From NCBI GenBank assembly GCA_964386425.1, contig CAYLQO010000001.1, positions 1 through 56,856 of the forward strand: a stretch of 56,856 nucleotides of DNA. Direction: 5' to 3'. The first letter of the stretch is position 1; each line of letters begins with the position of its first letter. The notes under the pieces were generated by a model that had not been told where the DNA came from, made no database searches, and saw only the letters and a list, made by a program, of their open reading frames with translations. Shown in pieces: positions 38,800-46,679 of this stretch. This DNA is from an uncultured Gammaproteobacteria bacterium. Lineage in GTDB: Bacteria; Patescibacteriota; Patescibacteriia; UBA1558; S5-K13. The position numbers and the translations under genes are program-made.

Positions 38800-39852
38800 T
38801 TATCTTCTTTTATAGTCAGAAGCTGGGGGTAGAAGTAAATCTTTTAAATTATCAAAGTCTTCTAAAACCATTCCTATACCACGCACAACGGTTGTAAGTG
38901 AATCATCGGCTATCATAACAGGAATGAGTGTTTCTTCATATATGAGCTTATCTAATCCTCGAAGTCCAGCTCCTCCGCCAGATAAAATCATTCCTTTTTG
39001 ATATAAATCAGATACAATTTCTGGGGGAGTTTGCTCTATTACATCTTTTATTGCAATAATTATTGAATCAATAGATCTTTTAATTGAATCTCTTATTTCA
39101 TCGCTCTTTATTACTATTTCTTTTGGTAGGCCATTTAAAAGATTTCTTCCTCTTACCTTTATACGCAATCCTTTTTCAAGTGGTAAAACACTTCCTATTT
39201 TTATTTTTGCTTGTTCTGCTGATCTATCCCCTAAAAATACATTATATTTTTCTCTTATGTACTCAATTATATCATTATCTAATTTTTCTCCAGCAATTTT
39301 TAATGATTTTGAAGCAACTATTCCACCAAGGGAAATAACAGCAATTTCTGTTTTGCCTCCGCCTATTTCAATAATCATACTTCCATTTGCTTCTTGTATA
39401 GGCAATCTTGCACCTATTGAAGTAGCAACTGGTTGTTCTATCAAGTGAACCTCTCTTGCACCAGCAGACATAGCAACATCTTCAACTGCCTTTCTTTCTA
39501 CTTCTGTTATGTCTAGTGGAACTCCTATTATTATTCTAGGACGTGGAGCCAAAGAAAATGATTCTTTATGAATTTTATCAACAAAATATTTCATCATTTT
39601 CTCAGCAACTTCAAAATCAGAAATAATTCCATTCCTAAGTGGTTGCACAGCAGAAATATGCTGTGGTGTTTTGCCAAGCATTCGTCTGGCATCTTCTCCG
39701 ACTGATAAAATTTGATCTGTTCTTAGATTTATTGAAACAACAGATGGTTCATTAATTACAATGCCCTTTCCTTTGACGTAGACCAAAGTATTTGATGTCC
39801 CAAGATCAACGGCTATATCTTTTGAAAATTGTCCAAAAAGATTTTTAAACAT
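38800..39852 (-). CDS. mreB: rod shape-determining protein MreB (paralogue 1)
   Basis: 350 aa product with IAVDLGTSNTLVYV, IEIGGGKTEIAVISLGGI and MILSGGGAGLRGLDKLI. Confidence 0.92.
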   Translation of the reverse strand: MFKNLFGQFSKDIAVDLGTSNTLVYVKGKGIVINEPSVVSINLRTDQILSVGEDARRMLGKTPQHISAVQPLRNGIISDFEVAEKMMKYFVDKIHKESFSLAPRPRIIIGVPLDITEVERKAVEDVAMSAGAREVHLIEQPVATSIGARLPIQEANGSMIIEIGGGKTEIAVISLGGIVASKSLKIAGEKLDNDIIEYIREKYNVFLGDRSAEQAKIKIGSVLPLEKGLRIKVRGRNLLNGLPKEIVIKSDEIRDSIKRSIDSIIIAIKDVIEQTPPEIVSDLYQKGMILSGGGAGLRGLDKLIYEETLIPVMIADDSLTTVVRGIGMVLEDFDNLKDLLLPPASDYKRR

Positions 39853-39853
39853 A

Positions 39854-41095
39854 TTATTTAAAAAATTCCTTATTTAATAATTCCAAAGACTCTTTTTGTG
39901 ATACTATTGTACTTGCTTTTTCATCCCTCTTTTTTACTTCAATTTTATCTCCCAATTTATCACTTAACACAAATCTATAATAAATTCCTATTAAATCAGA
40001 GTCATTGAATTTTACACCGGCATTTTCATTTCTGTCATCATATAGTACTTCAATATTATTTTTTTGTAAAATATCATAAAATTTATAATCAATTTTTGAT
40101 CTTAGATCAATGACATGAACATGGTATGGAGAAACATTTTTTGGCCACATCAAACCATTTCCATCATTATAAATTTCTGCAATTGTTCCCATGAGTCTTC
40201 CTGGTCCTATTCCGTAACTTCCCATAAATACAGTTTTTTGTTTCCCGTCTTCATCGGCGTATTTAAGTCCCAGTGGTTCTGAAAATCTAGTTCCGAGTGT
40301 AAATATATTTCCCACCTCAACTGCTTTCTCTTCCGCTAAATCTTTTTTATTTAATCCTAAATTTTTTACAACCTCATCTGTATATACTTCTTTGTTGATA
40401 GCAATTTTCTTTTTTTTATCAACATAAATTATATCTTCACCGCTATTTGTAATTGTTTGAAATTCATGTGAATATTTACAAAAAACTCCACCAGATGCAA
40501 ATGTTAAATATGTTATATCTCCCAGCCCACACCTTGAAAAAACGTTTAAATATGCAATCTTAGCTTTTTCATAAAATTCATCATGTTCTTTTTCATCTCT
40601 TGAAAAAGAATACATATCTTTCATAAGAAATTCTCGACACCTCATAATTCCACCCTTTGCACGAAGTTCATTTCTAAATTTGGTTTGAATTTGATAAGCA
40701 TATCTTGGCAAATCTTTGTAGGAATTTATATAATTTTTCATTAAATTTGTAAGTGGTTCTTCATGAGTAAATCCTAAACCTAATTCAGTATTATTTTTAA
40801 GTTTTGTTTTAAACCAATTATCAACTATTGCGTCATCCCATCTATTTGTTTTTTTCCATAATTCTGGATTTTGAAGTGATGTTAAAAATAATTCTTGACC
40901 ACCAATGGCGTTCATTTCTTCTCTTATAATATTATTTATTTTATTTAAAACTCTAAGTCCAAATGGTAAATAAATATAAGCACCAGCTAATTCTTTATAA
41001 ATAAAACTTGCTTTTAAAAGCAATTGAGCGCTTAGACTTTTTTCTTCCTTATCAACACTTCTTAGTGTTTTTGTAAAAAGTTGTGATTGTTTCAT
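39854..41095 (-). CDS. proS: proline--tRNA ligase, short form lacking the INS editing domain
   Basis: 413 aa product. The N-terminus is MKQSQLFTKTLRSVDKEEKSLSAQLLLKASFIYKELAGAYIYLPFGLRVLNKINNIIREEM. Motif 2 is YQIQTKFRNELRAKGGIMRCREFLMKDMYSF. Only about 110 aa separate it from motif 3 (GSYGIGPGRL). Confidence 0.88.
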   Translation of the reverse strand: MKQSQLFTKTLRSVDKEEKSLSAQLLLKASFIYKELAGAYIYLPFGLRVLNKINNIIREEMNAIGGQELFLTSLQNPELWKKTNRWDDAIVDNWFKTKLKNNTELGLGFTHEEPLTNLMKNYINSYKDLPRYAYQIQTKFRNELRAKGGIMRCREFLMKDMYSFSRDEKEHDEFYEKAKIAYLNVFSRCGLGDITYLTFASGGVFCKYSHEFQTITNSGEDIIYVDKKKKIAINKEVYTDEVVKNLGLNKKDLAEEKAVEVGNIFTLGTRFSEPLGLKYADEDGKQKTVFMGSYGIGPGRLMGTIAEIYNDGNGLMWPKNVSPYHVHVIDLRSKIDYKFYDILQKNNIEVLYDDRNENAGVKFNDSDLIGIYYRFVLSDKLGDKIEVKKRDEKASTIVSQKESLELLNKEFFK

Positions 41096-41153
41096 TTTAT
41101 TTGCTTGTCCCGCCGAAGCATTAACGAAGGCGGGAATTTATTTAATTTTATAT

Positions 41154-41453
41154 TCAAATATGTTTTGACATTATATTTAATATCCTTTTAATTTCTTGAT
41201 TTACATTTTCATTATCATAATCTCCACTATGCGCTGTTTGTCCATCGTAAGATGTTTTTTTCTGATCTATGTGTAAATCAAACTCATAAAAATCTTCATT
41301 TTTGTCAAAATATAAATGCCATCTCGGGTAAAAACCAACATTTGATAATCTTCTTATATAACTATTTTCATATCTTGGATGCGAATGATAACCACAATAT
41401 CTCAAAACAGTATTTAAATTTTCTTTGAAATTGGCTGTTATTTTAAATTTCAT
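41154..41453 (-). CDS. hypothetical protein (99 aa)
   Basis: The ORF abuts the rseP stop codon, so it is probably co-transcribed. It contains the His-rich segment HLYFDKNEDFYEFDLHIDQKK...AHSGDYD. I recognised no family. Confidence 0.55.
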   Translation of the reverse strand: MKFKITANFKENLNTVLRYCGYHSHPRYENSYIRRLSNVGFYPRWHLYFDKNEDFYEFDLHIDQKKTSYDGQTAHSGDYDNENVNQEIKRILNIMSKHI

Positions 41454-42533
41454 TTATTTGTGAAAAACATATTTTAATACATCTTTGTATGTAACAAGCA
41501 CCATAAGTAACATTAGAAGTCCAAATCCTAAATTATGAACAATTGCTTCTATTTTTTGATTATTTGGTTTTCTTCTAATTTTTTCAATTGCTAAAAATAA
41601 CAATCTGCCTCCATCAAGAGCTGGAAATGGAAATATGTTTATTATTGCTAAATTTATTGACAAAAGTGCCATAAATTGGAGTATGTATTCCCAACCCATT
41701 GAAATAGCGTTACCAGTAAAAACTGCCACTCCTATAGGACCTGACACATCTTTTGCTCCTTCGCCATGAAATAAACCAACCAGTAAATTATAAAATGCTT
41801 CAGAAATTGCAATAGTTAAATTAATTCCCGACTTAAATCCATGTATTGGTGCACTGTACCAAGGATACGAAACAATTCCAGTATCAATCAAAGATACTCC
41901 TAAAACTTTTTTATCCTCTACGCCTTCTAAAATTTCTGGTTTTGCTTGTATGGTTTTATTTTCTCCAACGCTAACTAGGGCTATTTTTATATCTTTGTCT
42001 TGATTATTATAAATATAATTAGTGGCATCTATGGAGTTTTCAAATTTATTGTCATCAAAAGAAATCAAATAATCGCCTAATTTAATTCCTGCTTTTTCAG
42101 CTGAAGATCCTGGATAGACACCCATAACCTGAATTTTTTTATCTCTAATTTTTGCATTGGCAGGTACACCGTCAAGAGAAGCAGGAAGTCCAATTCCAAA
42201 TCCAATACTTAAAATAACACAGGCTAAAATAAAATTCATAAATACCCCCGCAAAAAGAACTATTGCTCTTTTCCAAATTGGTTGACTTGCAAAACTATCT
42301 GGATCATTATTATCGCCTGACTCTCCTTTAATTTTTACAAACCCCCCTATTGGAATCCAATTTAAAGAATAAATAATACCATTTTTCTTTATACCAAAAA
42401 TTCTTGGCGGAAATCCAAAACCAAATTCTTCTACTCCAATTCCAAGTTTTCTAGCTGTGTAAAAATGTCCCAATTCATGAACAAAAACTATAACACCTAA
42501 AATTAGAAAAAATATTATTATTGTTAAAATCAT
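41454..42533 (-). CDS. rseP: RIP metalloprotease RseP (site-2 protease, M50)
   Basis: 359 aa product with VHELGHFYTARKLG (HExxH in TM1), a PDZ segment, and the C-terminal NIFPFPALDGGRLLF motif. Confidence 0.9.
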   Translation of the reverse strand: MILTIIIFFLILGVIVFVHELGHFYTARKLGIGVEEFGFGFPPRIFGIKKNGIIYSLNWIPIGGFVKIKGESGDNNDPDSFASQPIWKRAIVLFAGVFMNFILACVILSIGFGIGLPASLDGVPANAKIRDKKIQVMGVYPGSSAEKAGIKLGDYLISFDDNKFENSIDATNYIYNNQDKDIKIALVSVGENKTIQAKPEILEGVEDKKVLGVSLIDTGIVSYPWYSAPIHGFKSGINLTIAISEAFYNLLVGLFHGEGAKDVSGPIGVAVFTGNAISMGWEYILQFMALLSINLAIINIFPFPALDGGRLLFLAIEKIRRKPNNQKIEAIVHNLGFGLLMLLMVLVTYKDVLKYVFHK

Positions 42534-42635
42534 AAAATTAGTTAAAAGTTATAAAGTTAAAAGTTTATAAAGTTATAAATCATTAAAACTATAAATATTC
42601 GAAACTTTATAACTTAGTACTTTTTACTTTTTTAC
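42534..42635 (-). repeat. AAGTTATAAAG palindromic intergenic element (family B copy)
   Basis: AAGTTATAAAGT (42546-42557) pairs with ACTTTATAACTT (42604-42615), a 12 bp inverted repeat. The flank AACTTAGTACTT is at 42611-42622. Confidence 0.55.
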
Positions 42636-43190
42636 TTAGATCTTCATTATATCTTCTTCTTTTACTTTGGAAATACTATCAATTTCATTTGATTTATCTT
42701 TTGTTAACTTATCTAATTCCTCAATAAAAGAAAATTTTTCATCCTGAGATATTTCTTTATCTTTTTCTTGTCTCTCGGCTTCTTTTTTAATTTTATCTCT
42801 AAGTTGTCTTATTATTACTTTTGTGTCTTCCTTTTTCTCATTTAAAATTTTTATAATTTGTTTCCTCTTTTCTTCTGTGAGTGCTGGAATTTTTGCTCTT
42901 ACAATATTTCCCGCAACAGATATACTTAGATCTAAATTTGCAGCAGAAAGTCCTTTTTCAATTTCTTTTACAACGCTTTTATCCCATGGTTCTATTTGAA
43001 GAAGTGATGGTTCCGGAACTCCTATTGAAGCAACTTGTTTGAGCGGAGTTTTGACTCCGTAACACTCAATCATTACTTCCTCTATCATCGAGGGATGTGC
43101 TCTTCCTGCTTTTAATTTTTCAATTTCTTCCTGAAAGTGTTTAATTGATTTATTAAAGTCATCACTAAATGATTCTATAAATTGTGACAT
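42636..43190 (-). CDS. frr: ribosome recycling factor
   Basis: 184 aa product with LKAGRAHPSMIEEVMIECYG...LTEEKRKQIIK. Confidence 0.92.
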   Translation of the reverse strand: MSQFIESFSDDFNKSIKHFQEEIEKLKAGRAHPSMIEEVMIECYGVKTPLKQVASIGVPEPSLLQIEPWDKSVVKEIEKGLSAANLDLSISVAGNIVRAKIPALTEEKRKQIIKILNEKKEDTKVIIRQLRDKIKKEAERQEKDKEISQDEKFSFIEELDKLTKDKSNEIDSISKVKEEDIMKI

Positions 43191-43214
43191 AAATATTTTT
43201 ATTAATTATTATTT

Positions 43215-44285
43215 TTATTTATTAACTAACCTAACGGCCATGAAAATACTGTTTTGGTTTCCAGAATCGACTATCATATCAACAGGGATTTGTTTAGTTG
43301 CAAGTGTCTTTGCAACCCAAGTATTTCCACCGTCTTGACTCTTATAAAATTTATTAGGAATTGTATAGTAAATTTCATTAGGATTTGTTGGATTAGATGC
43401 AATTGAGTAAATATTTACTGACCCTGGTTTTGTAAGAAGTTTTATAACACTCCAGGTATTTCCACCGTCTTGAGAATAAAAAATTCCATATTTATTTGCA
43501 TAAAAAAATGCATCGTCTTTTGACAGGTCAAATTCAAAATCCTTATATTCATTAATACTTGAATTAATTTTTTTATCTCCTAGATCTATTTTATCTGTAA
43601 TACTTACCCAGTCAGTGCCTTCATTCTCAGTCTTAAATATTCCATTTTTATCAGTACAAACATAAATTTTACTAGAATTTTTTGAATTCATTAAAATTTT
43701 TACAATTTTTTGTCCATCAAAGCTTTTTATCATTTTCCACGAAAAACCAAAATCCTCACTCTTATAAAATCTTCCATCACTAGTTGCAAGATATGTTTTA
43801 TTTGTATTTACATAGTCAACTAAAACTGATTTTACTGCTTGATTAGGCAAACCATCTACATATATTTGTTTCCAATTTCTTCCACAATCTTCTGATTTAT
43901 AAACCTTGTTAGAAACTGCACTATACATTGTACATCTATACTTACTATCAATTGCAACATCATTTACAATTCCTTTACCAAAAAGAGTTTTCTGCCAACC
44001 ATTTCCACCATCAAAAGAATATAGAAGACCATCCTGTAGAGTTCCTAAATAAATTGCTTTTGGATCATTTGGATCTTGTTTTATAAACGTTGATTGTCCT
44101 GTCTTAAAAAATGATCTATTTGGACCAACTCTTAAATATTCTACTTTTTGTACCCAGGTTTCTCCCCTGTCATAACTTACATAAACACCAGAATCGCCCT
44201 CTTTCTTTTTTCCAAGCTGTAATGAACATCCTGTCAAAACAAGAGATAGAACAATTAGTAATAAAATTTTTATTTTTGTATTCAT
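43215..44285 (-). CDS. lipoprotein with BNR/Asp-box beta-propeller repeats
   Basis: The lipobox is LVLTGC. There are seven SxDxGxTW-like Asp-boxes: SYDRGETW, SFDGGNGW, SEDCGRNW, SEDFGFSW, TENEGTDW and SQDGGNTW (twice). Confidence 0.75.
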   Translation of the reverse strand: MNTKIKILLLIVLSLVLTGCSLQLGKKKEGDSGVYVSYDRGETWVQKVEYLRVGPNRSFFKTGQSTFIKQDPNDPKAIYLGTLQDGLLYSFDGGNGWQKTLFGKGIVNDVAIDSKYRCTMYSAVSNKVYKSEDCGRNWKQIYVDGLPNQAVKSVLVDYVNTNKTYLATSDGRFYKSEDFGFSWKMIKSFDGQKIVKILMNSKNSSKIYVCTDKNGIFKTENEGTDWVSITDKIDLGDKKINSSINEYKDFEFDLSKDDAFFYANKYGIFYSQDGGNTWSVIKLLTKPGSVNIYSIASNPTNPNEIYYTIPNKFYKSQDGGNTWVAKTLATKQIPVDMIVDSGNQNSIFMAVRLVNK

Positions 44286-44371
44286 AGACTTAAATTATAA
44301 AGTTAAAAGTTATAAAGTTATAAAGTTTTGAATTTTTCTTTCAACTTTACAACTTAGTACTTTCAACTAAC
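44286..44371 (-). repeat. AAGTTATAAAG palindromic intergenic element (family B copy)
   Basis: Arm 44315-44332 pairs with arm 44340-44355. The mismatch becomes a G-U pair only in the minus-strand RNA. The flank AACTTAGTACTT is at 44351-44362. Confidence 0.55.
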
Positions 44372-45376
44372 TTATATTAATAATAAATTTTCAAAAATTA
44401 ATTTTGGATTTACGTTGTCAAAAATTATATTTCTTGAATTATTAGCAAAATTATAAAATTCTAACAAACGTTCTGTTTTATATTTTTCTGAAATACCCCT
44501 AATTTCGTCTTGTAAAAATGGATGTATTAATTCAGCATGTTCATCTGTTTTTAAAACACATATATCCCTTCCTATTCTCATAAAATCAACAAGAATTTTT
44601 GATAAAACATTATAAGAATCCTGAGTTCTTGATTTATCTACAATATTTTCAACCCATTTAAATTTGTCATTTATCGAACTATCTATTATTTCTATTGTTT
44701 GTTTCAAATCTTGTTTTCTTTTCTCCCACTCTTTTGGATTCTTTAAATATGCCATTGCAACTCCAGGCGCTCCACCTGAAAATTTTGATAATTCTATCGC
44801 TAAATTTTTATCAGCACCGTTATTTATTAAATAATCATAAATTTCTTTTTGTTTTACGCCAGAAAAAAGAATATTTTGTGAACGTGATTTTATTGTTGGC
44901 AAAATTTTATCAATATCTTGAGCTATTAAAATTACAAATGAATTTTTTGGTGGTTCTTCTATTATTTTTAAAAGTGCGTTTGATGATTCTTGATTTAGTC
45001 TATCAGCATCATTTATTATTCCAATTTTAAATTCTGACCGCATTGGTGTTAAGGAAAATTTTTCTCTGAAATCTCTAATTTGATCTATTGAAATATTTTT
45101 CTTATTATCTTCAAGTGATACTTGTATAAGATCTGGATGAGTTCCGTTTTTTATCTCTAAACAATCACTACATTTATTACATGGAATGGACTCCTCGTCT
45201 TTACAAAATATAGATTGCACAAAATATCTTGCAATTGTTTTTTTACCCACATCTTCAGCTCCTGCAAAAAGATAAGTATTTAAAAAATTCCTAGTTCTTA
45301 TAAGTTTCTGCAAATAGTTAATTATATTTGCATGTCCCAACATGTTCCAGTTATACAAAAATTTATCTTCTTTCAT
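44372..45376 (-). CDS. holB: DNA polymerase III subunit delta prime
   Basis: 334 aa product with the AAA+ motif GAEDVGKKT, the zinc module CNKCSDC and SRSQ (sensor). Confidence 0.82.
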   Translation of the reverse strand: MKEDKFLYNWNMLGHANIINYLQKLIRTRNFLNTYLFAGAEDVGKKTIARYFVQSIFCKDEESIPCNKCSDCLEIKNGTHPDLIQVSLEDNKKNISIDQIRDFREKFSLTPMRSEFKIGIINDADRLNQESSNALLKIIEEPPKNSFVILIAQDIDKILPTIKSRSQNILFSGVKQKEIYDYLINNGADKNLAIELSKFSGGAPGVAMAYLKNPKEWEKRKQDLKQTIEIIDSSINDKFKWVENIVDKSRTQDSYNVLSKILVDFMRIGRDICVLKTDEHAELIHPFLQDEIRGISEKYKTERLLEFYNFANNSRNIIFDNVNPKLIFENLLLI

Positions 45377-45494
45377 ACTATCGGAAGTTTTATGTTTATA
45401 TATGTTAAGAATATCAAATTTTTAGTGTTTATACAATGTAAATAAAACTCTAAATTGCTAATTTCTAATATAAAAAGTTATCCACAGCTAACTA

Positions 45495-45522
45495 TTGACA
45501 AATTTTGTGAGTATGCTATAGT
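45495..45522 (+). promoter_or_regulatory. near-consensus extended -10 promoter of the large GC-rich RNA
   Basis: TTGACA at 45495-45500, a 16 nt spacer, then TGcTATAGT (TG at 45514-45515, hexamer at 45517-45522). Confidence 0.7.
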
Positions 45523-45529
45523 ACTCTGT

Positions 45530-46635
45530 TAGCCTAAAAATGTAATTTAACAATTTAGAGATCTGTAAAGGGCAGAATTATGCAGAAGATATGCAAGATA
45601 AATATCCAGAATAAATAGCTAAAAACTTCATAGAAACAGCTAAAAATAACGTGAAATTCATCTTCTTCTACATAATTCTGCCCTTACCCACTACTGGTTT
45701 CTTCGATGAAGGAAATTCAAAACCAGTACGGTAAAAAGGAGAGAAAATGAAACATGCCCCTCCGAATAGCCCGCTTAATAACGGGCCCATTAAAAGTATT
45801 GACAACCTCACCGTGCCCACCAGCGCCGCCGCCAACAACACCTCCGGCTGATCCCTGGATCATCTCCTGCCGAGCACTGGTATGTGTAACCCAGCCAGTG
45901 CCACCCAGACAAGAAAAGGGTGAAAATGTGGGTAAAAGAGACAAGATTTACAAACCATGTCTCACTGGAAATTCAACGGAGGCCCAAATCGCCTCAACAA
46001 GGAGATTTCGATGAGCCATTCAGGATTCCAGTAAATCTAAGGCCGCCCAATCTCATCTCGGCCAATAACCTATAAAGATGAGACTTGAAAATTCTCTGGC
46101 AATAGTGATAGGAAAACCTAGGGGGAGAAGCTTATCCCCTGGAAAAACCACCACAGAGCAACGCTCAAAACGCCATAAGGAGAATTTATCAAGCGGGACC
46201 TTTAAAAACACCTGATCGCCGTGGCACACGCATGGGCACAGACCCGTCGCCCACACAGCCAGCCGCCCATAGGAAAACCTAACTGGACCGCTGAGCTTCC
46301 GAATCGCCACGACAAACCTGGATTGCGGATAGGGGCCCATAGCTACAAAGCTATCTTGGCCCCCCGCACTCCGGGAATCGACCCCCGCCTCAAGAAAAGG
46401 CCCCCACCCAGACAAGGGCCACTCATGACATCAGTCAAGGGAATTGTACTGGAATTGATCTCAGCCCTTCCTTTGCGGGAAATTCTACCGCGGAAGATAA
46501 ACCCGCGCCAAGACCCAAAGAGCTGAGACGCCGTGAGTATGGGGAGTCACGCTAGACTTCCATGCCAAGTGAAGCTCGGCCAGACTCCCCTCGCGGTTAA
46601 AACCACGCCCCCGCCTACACAAGACGGGGGTTTTT
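45530..46635 (+). ncRNA. candidate large (about 1.1 kb) structured noncoding RNA, unknown class
   Basis: It runs from a promoter to a terminator on the strand opposite all neighbouring genes. GC is far above context (36/60 at 46201-46260). It has many stems of 5-22 bp, including GGGGAGTC (46541-46548) with GACTCCCC (46583-46590). Only short ORFs in mixed frames occur on both strands. Confidence 0.6.
46608..46635 (+). terminator. intrinsic terminator of the large RNA
   Basis: CCCCCG (46608-46613) pairs with CGGGGG (46625-46630). TTTTT follows at 46631-46635. Confidence 0.8.
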
Positions 46636-46679
46636 ATATAAACATATTGACAAAATTTAAATATAATTATAACATATAA

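Noticed and set aside
45478-45486. A perfect DnaA box TTATCCACA just upstream of the -35 of the large-RNA promoter, suggesting a possible oriC.
   Set aside because: It is a single box with no cluster, no adjacent AT-rich unwinding repeats and no dnaA/dnaN. A single 9-mer can occur by chance. It may still be a regulatory site, but the evidence is insufficient.
46355-46395. A T-loop-like GGGTCGATTCCC on the minus strand, raising a tmRNA or tRNA-like hypothesis for the GC-rich region.
   Set aside because: The T-stem has a mismatch. No 7 bp acceptor stem with ACCA follows at the correct spacing. No GGGG 5' partner or tag-peptide frame exists. The promoter and terminator signals are on the other strand.
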